From Escherichia phage FL12, in sequence record PP400786: a stretch of DNA of 64,000 nt, one strand, 5' to 3'. Below the pieces are notes generated by a model. It saw only the letters and a program-made list of their open reading frames with translations, did not search any database and was not told the DNA's origin. The position numbers and the translations under genes are program-made. Positions 43,809 through 53,937 of the stretch are shown piece after piece; the stretch's first letter is position 1; each line of letters starts with the position of its first letter.

Positions 43809-44051
43809 TCAAACAGACTTTTTCACAATTTTCCAATCAGCTTTAAACTGTTCAACGTCAGAATGGTAAATCCAGAATCCTGCGCTTTCTCCATCCTCAT
43901 AAAGAGGGCATCCATCACATTCATCTTCCCATCCCATATCACGCAAAAGACGTTCAGTTTTTTCAACAAGTTCAGAATCTTTACCGATGATATTAAAATA
44001 CCATTTACCCCTAACTTCTGAATCTTTAATGCTCTGACGTTGTAATCTCAT
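43809..44051 (-). CDS. hypothetical protein (start placed at MRLQRQ with AAGGAG Shine-Dalgarno, downstream of an early promoter)
   Basis: Track ORF starts at 44087, which lies upstream of the predicted promoter -10 (44078-44083). Confidence 0.55.
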   Translation of the reverse strand: MRLQRQSIKDSEVRGKWYFNIIGKDSELVEKTERLLRDMGWEDECDGCPLYEDGESAGFWIYHSDVEQFKADWKIVKKSV

Positions 44052-44106
44052 TTTTATTCTCCTTAGTTGATAGGGTAATAGTATCACACTACTACCCTAC
44101 TGTAAA

Positions 44107-44487
44107 CTACTTTTTGAAAGTTTTTCGTAAAAGTTCAATGATTTCATCTACATTGTTTTCATCTACAATGCAGTGAATTTTTGTTACGCCAGAAACTGTG
44201 TCTTCGGTTTCATCTTCTTCAGAAGTCGGTTCTTTATACTCACGAAAACAATGAAATTCGTCTTCGCAAATTTCTAAAAGTCTATCTTTGAGATAAAAAT
44301 GCTTTCCATTTGCGCATTCAATGTGTTTTACTGCTTTGTATCCATTGGCGACGGAAACTTCTTTAACTTCAAACCATCCGCCATTATCTCGAATAGCTTT
44401 AACTATTGATGAATTAGAACGTGGACTATAATTAATAAATGTATCAATAAGTCTTGGAACAAGTTCATACTTTCTACCGGTATACAT
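44107..44487 (-). CDS. hypothetical protein
   Basis: 126-aa ORF. Confidence 0.6.
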   Translation of the reverse strand: MYTGRKYELVPRLIDTFINYSPRSNSSIVKAIRDNGGWFEVKEVSVANGYKAVKHIECANGKHFYLKDRLLEICEDEFHCFREYKEPTSEEDETEDTVSGVTKIHCIVDENNVDEIIELLRKTFKK

Positions 44488-44531
44488 TGCGTTTTCCTCA
44501 TTTTAATAGGGGCTTGATAGCCCCTTGATAA

Positions 44532-44759
44532 TTACTGCTCAATAAATCCAGTGTAAAATTCTACATCTTCAGCATCCATACCGTCACAATATTCATTAAC
44601 CATAAATTGTTTAAGACGATTTAAAGGACCTTCAATAACAACTGAAACATTGCAGTTAGGATCATTTAGTGCGCTTGTAATACGGAGTTCAGGATAACGA
44701 TTACGAATAATTTCTTCAATATATTCAAAATCAACAACATCAATATCAATTTTAGCCAT
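44532..44759 (-). CDS. hypothetical small acidic protein (start placed at MAKIDID with AAAGAGGAAAA Shine-Dalgarno)
   Basis: Track ORF starts 8 codons upstream at 44783. Confidence 0.55.
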   Translation of the reverse strand: MAKIDIDVVDFEYIEEIIRNRYPELRITSALNDPNCNVSVVIEGPLNRLKQFMVNEYCDGMDAEDVEFYTGFIEQ

Positions 44760-44805
44760 GTTATTTTCCTCTTTAATCATCATCAGCAGTATTGCCGATA
44801 GTTGT

Positions 44806-44835
44806 ATAGTACCATAGTCCTTGTTGTATGTAAAC
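44806..44835 (-). promoter_or_regulatory. sigma70-like early promoter (TTTACA-17-TACTAT) immediately downstream of the gene 32 terminator
   Basis: Minus-strand hexamers with 17-nt spacer and A/T-rich upstream element; module recurs at 61744-61825. Confidence 0.55.
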
Positions 44836-44854
44836 TGTTTTGTGAAAAAATTTT

Positions 44855-44885
44855 GAAATAAAAAAGGGGACCTCTATGGTCCCCA
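44855..44885 (-). terminator. rho-independent terminator after gene 32
   Basis: GGGGACCATAGAGGTCCCC hairpin followed by TTTTTTATTT on minus strand. Confidence 0.75.
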
Positions 44886-44906
44886 ATTAATTAGTAATAT
44901 AATCTA

Positions 44907-45815
44907 TTAAAGGTCATTCAAAAGGTCATCCAGGTCCGTGTCATCAGCACTAGATGAACTACCAGAGCTTGAGCTCATAAAATCATCTTCAGTTTTTGTA
45001 TTGAAGTCATCAACATTGAATGCATCCAAATCATCAGCAACTTTATCAGCTTTCTTAGCAGCAGTTGCTGCGGCACCACCCATCACAGCAGTTCCCATAA
45101 CTTGACTGAACTTAGTGCTCAGTTCTTCGAACGATTTGAATTTATCTTTAGAAGTCATTTCAGAAAGGTCAACCATTTGTTCGAACAGTTCTTTCTGGAA
45201 AGATTCGTCATCAATGTTTGGAATCGCAGATTGATTCAGGAATTTAGATTCGTCGTAGTTACTAAATCCGGAAACTTGTTTAACTTTCAGTACAAAGTTA
45301 GCACCTTCCCACGGACAAGTTACATCAACCGGAGTTTCACCCATTTCAACATCAACTGCAATCATCGCGTTGATTTTATCCCAGATTTTCTTACCGAAAC
45401 GGTATTTAAATACTTTACCTTCATTTTCTGGAGCAGCTGGGTCTTTTACAACAAGAATATTAGCCCAGTAAGAAGTTTTACGTTTAACAAGACTGTACTC
45501 TTTATTGTCAGTGTTGTACAGATCATTTTTACTGATGTATTGACATACTGGGCAAGAATCGTAATCACCGTGGGTAGATGAACATGTTTCAATATACCAT
45601 TTACCATTTTTCTTGAAACCGTGATTTACAAGAATTGCGAATGGTGCTTGTTCATCATTTTTAGACGGAAGAAAACGAATTACTGCTTGACCGTTACCCG
45701 CATTGTCGAGTTTCAGTTTCCACTCGCCTTTATCTTCAGAAGAAAAACCACCTTTATTTCCAGCCAGTTTAGCCATTTGTGCAGCGAGTTCAGCAGTAGA
45801 TTTACGTTTAAACAT
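44907..45815 (-). CDS. 32: single-stranded DNA-binding protein gp32
   Basis: 302 aa; Zn-binding His/Cys cluster ([11 protein letters not shown]) and acidic Ser/Asp-rich C-terminus typical of gp32. Confidence 0.95.
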   Translation of the reverse strand: MFKRKSTAELAAQMAKLAGNKGGFSSEDKGEWKLKLDNAGNGQAVIRFLPSKNDEQAPFAILVNHGFKKNGKWYIETCSSTHGDYDSCPVCQYISKNDLYNTDNKEYSLVKRKTSYWANILVVKDPAAPENEGKVFKYRFGKKIWDKINAMIAVDVEMGETPVDVTCPWEGANFVLKVKQVSGFSNYDESKFLNQSAIPNIDDESFQKELFEQMVDLSEMTSKDKFKSFEELSTKFSQVMGTAVMGGAAATAAKKADKVADDLDAFNVDDFNTKTEDDFMSSSSGSSSSADDTDLDDLLNDL

Positions 45816-45914
45816 TTTTATTTCCTTTTTAATTTAATTAACAGTTGGTGCTATGACGATGTATGACCTCATAGCTGGTCAGTGAGATAATTATAATCTA
45901 TTTATAATAAGCAA

Positions 45915-46568
45915 TTAATACTTGCAAGATTTCACAGTTTCAATGAAAACATTTTTAGCTTTCTGTGAATCAATATTTAAAATTTTTCTATAAGCCTTTA
46001 ACTTTATAGAATAATTATTCCAGACTAAATTATCAGTCTGTTCATCGTGTTTATCAATTATATTTAAAAATGAATCAAGCAAGATAAACGTCTCAAACGA
46101 AATTATGTTCGATTGCAGAAGTTTAAAAATATAACTTGACTGAACTTTTGGATTATACTCAAAAATTTCTTTAAAAGCAGAAACTTCAACTTTTTTACTA
46201 AAATAATAAATGTTACGAATATCTTCTTCAAACTTAAATTTAATTTGCTTTAAGCGTCCGATATATTCACGATAAAACACAAGTGCATCAGCGTCAGAGA
46301 TGTCACCAATCCAAGCATCCTGGTTAGCAACCAGATTGCTTATAAAGATTAAAGCAAGTTCCTTTAATTTATATTTTTCTGATAACTTCTGGAAAAAATA
46401 CTTATCCCTTCGCTTTTGATAAGCGGCATCAGACACCCGCATGCACCAATTATACTTAATTACATCATACTTTCCATTCATATGTTGTTTTATCATTAAG
46501 TATAATTTATAAACTGATTTACCATCAATATATCTTTCACCACCAGCAGGCATGCGGAGTTTAATCAT
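45915..46568 (-). CDS. 59: helicase loader gp59
   Basis: 217 aa, T4 gp59 length and position. Confidence 0.9.
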   Translation of the reverse strand: MIKLRMPAGGERYIDGKSVYKLYLMIKQHMNGKYDVIKYNWCMRVSDAAYQKRRDKYFFQKLSEKYKLKELALIFISNLVANQDAWIGDISDADALVFYREYIGRLKQIKFKFEEDIRNIYYFSKKVEVSAFKEIFEYNPKVQSSYIFKLLQSNIISFETFILLDSFLNIIDKHDEQTDNLVWNNYSIKLKAYRKILNIDSQKAKNVFIETVKSCKY

Positions 46569-46912
46569 AGTAGAAAATCTAATGTATTAGTTTTTTCGCA
46601 ACGAACAACAGAAGGACGTAAAAGATTTTCATCAATAGCTTCTGACTGAATTTTTTCAATTATACCCGAAGGAATAAATTTAGCAAATTGAGTTTCAGGA
46701 ATAGAGTTTTCTTCCAAGAATGCTGTCGTAGCTTCAAGATAACTCATTCCAAACTCTTCTACCATTTTTTCAATAATAAATCCATTTTCTTGACGATCAA
46801 GAAGCTTTGCTATTTCATCCTTTTCTTTCTTAATTGAAAGTTCTTTTTCTGAAAGACCGGTCTCATCGACCGGACGAATATCATTTAGAGAAAACTGTGT
46901 CATAAAGTTCAA
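46565..46912 (-). CDS. 33: late transcription co-activator gp33
   Basis: 115 aa, position between 59 and dsbA. Confidence 0.85.
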   Translation of the reverse strand: MNFMTQFSLNDIRPVDETGLSEKELSIKKEKDEIAKLLDRQENGFIIEKMVEEFGMSYLEATTAFLEENSIPETQFAKFIPSGIIEKIQSEAIDENLLRPSVVRCEKTNTLDFLL

Positions 46913-47150
46913 CTACCTCTTCAGTTTCAGCTTCAAACACATCACGGTTATCTTTATGATACAAAGCTAACAGACGATTAAACATCTTGCCATCAACACC
47001 AAGTTCATCTTTAGCACGAATTCGAATATCTTTAATCAATTCATTATAACCGGAAATTTTCAGTTTATGATCAGATGCTTCTTTAATAAATTTAGCCAAG
47101 TCTTCGCCGTGGATAGCTTCATCAAATTCAACCATTTCTTTTTTAGCCAT
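46881..47150 (-). CDS. dsbA: dsDNA-binding protein DsbA
   Basis: 89 aa, position between rnh and 33. Confidence 0.8.
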   Translation of the reverse strand: MAKKEMVEFDEAIHGEDLAKFIKEASDHKLKISGYNELIKDIRIRAKDELGVDGKMFNRLLALYHKDNRDVFEAETEEVVELYDTVFSK

Positions 47151-47158
47151 TATTCACC

Positions 47159-48076
47159 TCAAAATTCATTAATGCTATTAGTTAATTTAGAAAGACCCGC
47201 TTTTACAAAATATGAATAAATTTTGCCACGCGGTGGTAATTTATATGAATTATAGTAATTCACAATGTTTGAAGCAATATTATCAGGAATATAATCAAAA
47301 TCAATTAGAACTAGATTTTCTTTATAACGATTATATTCAGATTCTGTGAGAAGCACCTTAGCTTGCTCACGGTCATTAGCAATAGCTTCAACGATTGAAG
47401 TTTTCATTGAAGGAGTTCGTTCACCTTCAACTTTGGTAAACCAAAAGTCAGATCGTACTTTAACTGAAGCAACGTTATCCTTTTTGTCACCTTTAAGGAT
47501 TTTAGTCATACAGTCAATTTCAGCAGAACCGCTTTTAATTTTAACCCATTTCTTGTGCATCGGTGACCATTGCTTAACATTTGGATATTTGTGAAGCTGT
47601 GTAAAGTCACCATCCGACGAAATGATTAAAATCTTATGTCCTTCTAAAGAGAACTTTTTAACAAGAACAGCAATATGGTCATCTGCTTCATACTTATCAA
47701 TATCCATAACAATGTATGGCATATAAGCTTTCAATTCATCTATAACTTTATGGCTGGATTCAAAATAACCTTCCCAGTCCCAAGTAGATTCTTCTCGTGC
47801 TTTTCCACGGTTTTTCTTGTAATAATACGCAAAATCACGACGCCAGTATCCAGATTTCGCGTTATCAATACACAATACAATTTTAGTGTATCCAAGAGCT
47901 TTTGCTTTTTTGACATTAAACTTAATTGAGTTCAATATCAAATGACGAACCATTGATAAATTAATTTTTTCTTTATCTGGGAAGTTTACCAAAGCAGTTG
48001 AAAGCGCAATTTGACTAAAGTCAATTAAGCAGATTCCTTCTTTGTAATCTTCATCCAGCATCATTTCTAAATCCAT
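47159..48076 (-). CDS. rnh: RNase H (5'-3' exonuclease / flap endonuclease)
   Basis: 305 aa from MDLEMMLDEDYKEG; track ORF extends 5 codons upstream. Confidence 0.92.
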   Translation of the reverse strand: MDLEMMLDEDYKEGICLIDFSQIALSTALVNFPDKEKINLSMVRHLILNSIKFNVKKAKALGYTKIVLCIDNAKSGYWRRDFAYYYKKNRGKAREESTWDWEGYFESSHKVIDELKAYMPYIVMDIDKYEADDHIAVLVKKFSLEGHKILIISSDGDFTQLHKYPNVKQWSPMHKKWVKIKSGSAEIDCMTKILKGDKKDNVASVKVRSDFWFTKVEGERTPSMKTSIVEAIANDREQAKVLLTESEYNRYKENLVLIDFDYIPDNIASNIVNYYNSYKLPPRGKIYSYFVKAGLSKLTNSINEF

Positions 48077-48138
48077 ATGAACCTCGTTCAATTAGTGAGA
48101 TTTCTATTATATACCATCCGAATCTTAAAGTAAACAAG

Positions 48139-48146
48139 TATAAATA
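48139..48146 (+). promoter_or_regulatory. late promoter TATAAATA for gene 34
   Basis: Exact TATAAATA about 35 nt upstream of the gene 34 ATG. Confidence 0.6.
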
Positions 48147-48180
48147 CTTATTATTGAAAACACAATAGGAGCCCGGGAGA

Positions 48181-51100
48181 ATGGCCGAGATTAAAAGAAA
48201 GTTCAGAGCAGAAGATGGTCTGGACGCAGGTGGTGATAAAATAATCAACGTAGCTTTAGCTGATCGTACCGTAGGAACTGACGGTGTTAACGTTGATTAC
48301 CTAATTCAAGAAAACACAGTTCAACAATACGATCCAACTCGTGGATATTTAAAAGATTTTGTAATCATTTATGATAACCGCTTTTGGGCTGCTATAAATG
48401 ATATTCCAAAACCGGCAGGAGCTTTTAATAGCGGACGCTGGAGAGCATTACGTACCGATGCTAACTGGATTACAGTCTCATCTGGTTCATATCAATTAAA
48501 ATCAGGTGAAGCTATTTCGGTTAACACTGCAGCTGGTAATGGTATTACATTTACTTTACCATCTACTCCAATTGACGGTGATACTATCGTTCTCCAAGAC
48601 ATTGGAGGAAAACCTGGAGTTAATCAAGTTTTAATTGTAGCTCCAGTGCAAAGTATTGTAAACTTCAGAGGCGAGCAAGTACGTTCAGTACTAATGACTC
48701 ATCCAAAGTCACAGTTAGTTTTAATTTTTAGTAATCGTCTGTGGCAAATGTATGTAGCTGATTATAGTAGAGAAGCTGTAGTTGTAACACCAGCGAATAC
48801 TTATCAAGCGCAATCCAACGATTTTATCGTACGTAGATTTACTTCTGCTGCACCGATAAATATTAAACTTCCGAGATTTGCTAATCATGGCGATATTATT
48901 AATTTCGTTGATTTAGATAAACTGAATCCACTTTATCATACAATTGTTACTACATACGATGAAACGACTTCAGTACAAGAAGTTGGAACTCATTCCATTG
49001 AAGGCCGTACATCTATTGACGGTTTCTTGATGTATGATGATAATGAGAAATTGTGGAGATTGTTTGACGGGGATAGTAAAGCGCGTTTACGCATTATAAC
49101 GACTAATTCTAATATTCGTCCAAATGAAGAAGTTATGGTATTTGGTGCGAATAACGGAACAACTCAAACAATTGAGCTTAAGCTTCCAACTAATATTTCT
49201 GTTGGTGATACTGTTAAAATTTCCATGAATTACATGAGAAAAGGACAAACAGTTAAAATCAAAGCTGCTGATGAAGATAAAATTGCTTCTTCAGTTCAAT
49301 TGCTGCAATTCCCAAAACGCTCAGAATATCCGCCTGAAGCTGAGTGGGTTACAGTCCAAGAATTAGTTTTTAATGGTGAAACTAATTATGTTCCAGTTTT
49401 AGAGCTTGCTTATATAGAAGATTCTGATGGAAAATACTGGGTTGTACAGCAAAACGTTCCAACTGTAGAAAGAGTAGATTCTTTAAATGATTCTACTAGA
49501 GCAAGATTAGGCGTAATTGCTTTAGCTACACAAGCTCAAGCAAATGTCGATTTAGAAAATTCTCCACAAAAAGAATTAGCAATTACTCCAGAAACGTTAG
49601 CTAATCGCACTGCTACTGAAACTCGCAGAGGTATTGCAAGAATAGCAACTACTGCTCAAGTGAATCAGAACACCACATTCTCTTTTGCAGATGACCTTAT
49701 CATTACTCCTAAAAAGCTGAATGAAAGAACTGCTACAGAAACTCGTAGAGGTGTCGCAGAAATTGCTACGCAGCAAGAAACTAATACAGGTACTGATGAT
49801 ACTACAATCATTACTCCTAAAAAGCTTCAAGCTCGTCAAGGTTCTGAATCATTATCTGGTATTGTAACTTTTGTATCTACCGCAGGTGCTACTCCAGCTT
49901 CTAGCCGTGAATTAAATGGTACGAATGTTTATAATAAAAACACTAATAATTTAGTTGTTTCACCTAAAGCTTTGGATCAGTATAAAGCTACGCCTACTCA
50001 ACAGGGTGCAGTAATTTTAGCAGTTGAAAGTGAAGTAATTGCTGGACAAAGTCAGCAAGGATGGGCAAATGCTGTTGTAACGCCAGAAACGTTACATAAA
50101 AAGACATCAACTGATGGAAGAATTGGTTTAATTGAAATTGCTACGCAAAGTGAAGTTAATACAGGAACTGATTATACTCGTGCAGTCACTCCTAAAACTT
50201 TAAATGACCGTAGAGCAACTGAAAGTTTAAGTGGTATAGCTGAAATTGCTACACAAGTTGAATTCGACGCAGGCGTCGACGATACTCGTATCTCTACACC
50301 ATTAAAAATTAAAACCAGATTTAATAGTACTGATCGTACTTCTGTTGTTGCTCTATCTGGATTAGTTGAATCAGGAACTCTCTGGGACCATTATACACTT
50401 AATATTCTTGAAGCAAATGAGACACAGCGTGGTACACTTCGTGTGGCTACACAAGTTGAAGCTGCTGCAGGAACATTAGATAATGTTTTAATAACTCCTA
50501 AAAAGCTTTTAGGTACTAAATCTACCGAATCGCAAGAGGGTGTTATTAAAGTTGCAACTCAGTCTGAAGCTGTGGCTGGAACGTCAGCAAATACTGCTAT
50601 ATCTCCAAAAAATTTAAAATGGATTGTGCAGAGTGAACCTTCTTGGAGAGCAACTACTGCGGTAAGAGGGTTTGTTAAAACTTCATCTGGTTCAATTACA
50701 TTCGTTGGTAATGATACAGTCGGTTCTACCCAAGATTTAGAACTATATGAGAAAAATAGCTATGCAGTATCACCATATGAATTAAACCGTGTATTAGCAA
50801 ATTATTTGCCGTTAAAAGCAAAAGCTGCTGATACAAATTTATTGGATGGTCTAGATTCATCTCAGTTCATTCGTAGGGATATTGCACAGACGGTTAATGG
50901 TTCACTAACCTTAACCCAGCAAACGAATCTGAGTGCCCCTCTTGTATCATCTAGTACTGCTACGTTTGGTGGATCAGTTTCGGCAAATAGTACATTAACT
51001 ATTTCTAATACTGGAACGGCAACTCGTCTGATTTTTGAGAAAGGACCTCAAACTGGAACTAACCCAGCACAGACGATGACTATCAGAGTTTGGGGAAATC

Positions 51101-52053
51101 AGTTTGGCGGCGGTTCAGATACAACACGTTCTACTGTATTTGAAGTTGGTGATGAAACATCTAATCACTTTTATTCTCAACGTAATACAGCTGGAAAGAT
51201 ATTGTTTAATATCAATGGTACTGTAATGCCGATAGATGTAAATGCTTCTGGTTCATTGAATGCGAATGGCGTTGCAACATTTGGTAATTCAGTTACTGCT
51301 AATGGAGAATTTACCAGTAAATCAGCAAATGCTTTTAGAGCAATAAATGGAAATTACGGATTCTTTATTCGTAATGCTGGTAATGACACCTATTTTATGC
51401 TCACTGCAGCCGGTGATCAGTTTGGTGGATTTAATGGATTACGTCCATTATCAATTAATAATCAATCCGGTCAAGTTACAATTGGTGAAGGGCTTATCAT
51501 TAGTAAAGGTGGAGCAACAATTAACAGCGGTGGTTTAACTGTTAACTCGAGAATTCGCTCTCAGGGTACTAAAACATCTGATTTATATACCCGTGCGCCA
51601 ACATCTGATACGGTAGGATTCTGGTCAATTGATATTAACGATTCAGCCACTTATAACCAGTTCCCGGGTTATTTTAAAATGGTTGAAAAAACTAATGAAG
51701 TGACTGGGCTTCCATACTTAGAACGTGGCGAAGAAGTTAAATCTCCTGGTACACTGACTCAGTTTGGTAACACACTTGATTCGCTTTACCAAGATTGGAT
51801 TACTTATCCAACTACCCCAGAAGCACGCACCACTCGCTGGACACGTACATGGCAGAAAACCAAAAATTCTTGGTCGAGTTTTGTTCAGGTATTTGATGGA
51901 GGTAACCCTCCTCAGCCGTCTGATATCGGTGCTTTGCCATCTGATAATGCTACAATGGGGAATCTTACTATTCGTGATTTCTTACGAATTGGTAATGTTC
52001 GCATTATTCCTGACCCAGTGAATAAATCTGTTAAATTTGAATGGATTGAATAA
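48181..52053 (+). CDS. 34: long tail fibre proximal subunit gp34
   Basis: 1290 aa, T4 gp34 length and position; repetitive beta-rich sequence. Confidence 0.95.
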   Translation: MAEIKRKFRAEDGLDAGGDKIINVALADRTVGTDGVNVDYLIQENTVQQYDPTRGYLKDFVIIYDNRFWAAINDIPKPAGAFNSGRWRALRTDANWITVSSGSYQLKSGEAISVNTAAGNGITFTLPSTPIDGDTIVLQDIGGKPGVNQVLIVAPVQSIVNFRGEQVRSVLMTHPKSQLVLIFSNRLWQMYVADYSREAVVVTPANTYQAQSNDFIVRRFTSAAPINIKLPRFANHGDIINFVDLDKLNPLYHTIVTTYDETTSVQEVGTHSIEGRTSIDGFLMYDDNEKLWRLFDGDSKARLRIITTNSNIRPNEEVMVFGANNGTTQTIELKLPTNISVGDTVKISMNYMRKGQTVKIKAADEDKIASSVQLLQFPKRSEYPPEAEWVTVQELVFNGETNYVPVLELAYIEDSDGKYWVVQQNVPTVERVDSLNDSTRARLGVIALATQAQANVDLENSPQKELAITPETLANRTATETRRGIARIATTAQVNQNTTFSFADDLIITPKKLNERTATETRRGVAEIATQQETNTGTDDTTIITPKKLQARQGSESLSGIVTFVSTAGATPASSRELNGTNVYNKNTNNLVVSPKALDQYKATPTQQGAVILAVESEVIAGQSQQGWANAVVTPETLHKKTSTDGRIGLIEIATQSEVNTGTDYTRAVTPKTLNDRRATESLSGIAEIATQVEFDAGVDDTRISTPLKIKTRFNSTDRTSVVALSGLVESGTLWDHYTLNILEANETQRGTLRVATQVEAAAGTLDNVLITPKKLLGTKSTESQEGVIKVATQSEAVAGTSANTAISPKNLKWIVQSEPSWRATTAVRGFVKTSSGSITFVGNDTVGSTQDLELYEKNSYAVSPYELNRVLANYLPLKAKAADTNLLDGLDSSQFIRRDIAQTVNGSLTLTQQTNLSAPLVSSSTATFGGSVSANSTLTISNTGTATRLIFEKGPQTGTNPAQTMTIRVWGNQFGGGSDTTRSTVFEVGDETSNHFYSQRNTAGKILFNINGTVMPIDVNASGSLNANGVATFGNSVTANGEFTSKSANAFRAINGNYGFFIRNAGNDTYFMLTAAGDQFGGFNGLRPLSINNQSGQVTIGEGLIISKGGATINSGGLTVNSRIRSQGTKTSDLYTRAPTSDTVGFWSIDINDSATYNQFPGYFKMVEKTNEVTGLPYLERGEEVKSPGTLTQFGNTLDSLYQDWITYPTTPEARTTRWTRTWQKTKNSWSSFVQVFDGGNPPQPSDIGALPSDNATMGNLTIRDFLRIGNVRIIPDPVNKSVKFEWIE

Positions 52054-52061
52054 GAGGTATT

Positions 52062-53177
52062 ATGGAAAAATTTATGGCAGAGTTTGGACAAGGATATGTC
52101 CAAACGCCATTTTTATCGGAAAGTAATTCAGTAAGATACAAAATAAGTATAGCGGGTTCTTGCCCGCTTTCTACTGCAGGACCATACGTTAAATTTCAGG
52201 ATAATCCTGTTGGAAGTCAAACATTTAGCGCAGGTCTTCATCTAAGAGTTTTTGACCCTTCCACCGGAGCATTAGTTGATAGTAAGTCATATGCTTTTTC
52301 TACTTCAAATGATACTACATCAGCTGCTTTTGTTAGTTTCATGAATTCTTTGGCGAATAATAGACTTGTTGCTATATTAACTAGCGGAAAGGTTAATTTT
52401 CCTCCTGAAGTAGTATCTTGGTTAAGAACCGCAGGAACGTCTGCTTTTCCATCTGATTCTTTATTGTCAAGATTTGACGTATCATATGCTGCCTTTTATA
52501 CTTCTTCTAAAAGAGCTATTGCATTAGAACATGTTAAACTAAGTAATAGAAAAAGCACAGATGATTATCAAACTATTTTAGATGTTGTATTTGACAGTTT
52601 AGAGGACGTTGGAGCCACAGGATTTCCTAAAAGAACATACGAAAGCGTTGAGCAATTTATGTCGGCGGTTGGAGGAACTAATAACGAAATTGCACGTCTA
52701 CCAACTTCAGCTGCCATAAGTAAATTATCTGACTATAATTTAATTCCTGGCGATGTTCTTTATCTCAAAGCACAGTTATATGCTGATGCCGATTTACTTG
52801 CGCTTGGAACTACAAATATATCTATCCGTTTTTATAACTCATCGAATGGATATATTTCCTCGACACAAGCTGAGTTTACCGGGCAAGCTGGTTCTTGGGA
52901 ATTAAAAGAAGATTATGTGGTTGTTCCAGAAAACGCTGTCGGATTTACGATATATGCACAGAGAACTGCGCAAGCTGGTCAAGGTGGCATGAGAAATTTA
53001 AGCTTTTCTGAAGTGTCAAGAAATGGCGGTATTTCAAAACCCGCTGAATTTGGCGTCAATGGTATTCGTGTTAATTATATCTGTGAATCCGCTTCACCTC
53101 CGGATATAATGGTACTTCCTACACAAGCATCGTCTAAAACTGGTAAAGTGTTTGGGCAAGAATTTAGAGAAGTTTAA
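52062..53177 (+). CDS. 35: long tail fibre hinge (knee) protein gp35
   Basis: 371 aa, T4 gp35 length and position. Confidence 0.9.
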   Translation: MEKFMAEFGQGYVQTPFLSESNSVRYKISIAGSCPLSTAGPYVKFQDNPVGSQTFSAGLHLRVFDPSTGALVDSKSYAFSTSNDTTSAAFVSFMNSLANNRLVAILTSGKVNFPPEVVSWLRTAGTSAFPSDSLLSRFDVSYAAFYTSSKRAIALEHVKLSNRKSTDDYQTILDVVFDSLEDVGATGFPKRTYESVEQFMSAVGGTNNEIARLPTSAAISKLSDYNLIPGDVLYLKAQLYADADLLALGTTNISIRFYNSSNGYISSTQAEFTGQAGSWELKEDYVVVPENAVGFTIYAQRTAQAGQGGMRNLSFSEVSRNGGISKPAEFGVNGIRVNYICESASPPDIMVLPTQASSKTGKVFGQEFREV

Positions 53178-53182
53178 ATTGA

Positions 53183-53208
53183 GGGAGCCTTCGGGTTCCC
53201 TTTTTCTT
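53183..53208 (+). terminator. terminator-like hairpin after gene 35
   Basis: GGGAGCCTTCGGGTTCCC hairpin followed by T-tract. Confidence 0.6.
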
Positions 53209-53216
53209 TATAAATA
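53209..53216 (+). promoter_or_regulatory. late promoter TATAAATA for gene 36
   Basis: Exact TATAAATA about 24 nt upstream of the gene 36 ATG. Confidence 0.6.
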
Positions 53217-53239
53217 CTATTAAAATAAAGGGGCATACA

Positions 53240-53929
53240 ATGGCTGATTTAAAAGTAGGTTCAACAACTGGAGGCTCTGTCATTTGGCATCAAGGAAATT
53301 TTCCATTGAATCCAGCCGGTGACGATGTACTCTATAAATCATTTAAAATATATTCAGAATATAACAAACCACAAGCTGCTGATAACGATTTCGTTTCTAA
53401 AGCTAATGGTGGCACAGATTCTCAAGGTTTCCAAAAAGAAGTAGAATTTAAAAAAGGTGTTAAGATTTCTGCAACGTTTCCTGGCGGTTCAAACCTGAAT
53501 GGGTTATATTCTGGCAATGGAGATGGAGCTTCCAGAGAAAAAGCTAACATGGATTTACGTTCATGGTACGGCATTGGTATTTGGAACTCATGCACAGGTG
53601 ATGGGTTCCAGGGACGCACAATCTGGTTTAATGTCAGGCGTGGTACAGTTGAAACACTTGGCGATATTGTTTCGGGCCGGCAAGTTATTTCTAATGCTTC
53701 AGGACCGACCGGCCCAGCACACTTAACTCGCAAAGATTATGTTGATGGAGCAATAAATAATGTTACAGCAAATGCGAACTCTAGAGTGTTGCGTTCTGGT
53801 GACACTATGACAGGTAATTTAACGGCGCCAAACTTTTTCTCGCAGAATCCCGCATCTCAACCTTCACATGTTCCACGATTTGACCAAATCGTAATTAAGG
53901 ATTCTGTTCAAGATTTCGGCTATTATTAA
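53240..53929 (+). CDS. 36: long tail fibre distal connector gp36
   Basis: 229 aa, position between 35 and 37. Confidence 0.9.
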   Translation: MADLKVGSTTGGSVIWHQGNFPLNPAGDDVLYKSFKIYSEYNKPQAADNDFVSKANGGTDSQGFQKEVEFKKGVKISATFPGGSNLNGLYSGNGDGASREKANMDLRSWYGIGIWNSCTGDGFQGRTIWFNVRRGTVETLGDIVSGRQVISNASGPTGPAHLTRKDYVDGAINNVTANANSRVLRSGDTMTGNLTAPNFFSQNPASQPSHVPRFDQIVIKDSVQDFGYY

Positions 53930-53937
53930 GAGGACTT

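Noticed and set aside
49597-49839. Minus-strand 80-aa ORF inside gene 34, with similar small ORFs at 51347-52103
   Set aside because: Embedded in or antisense to the long tail fibre gene; no independent signals.
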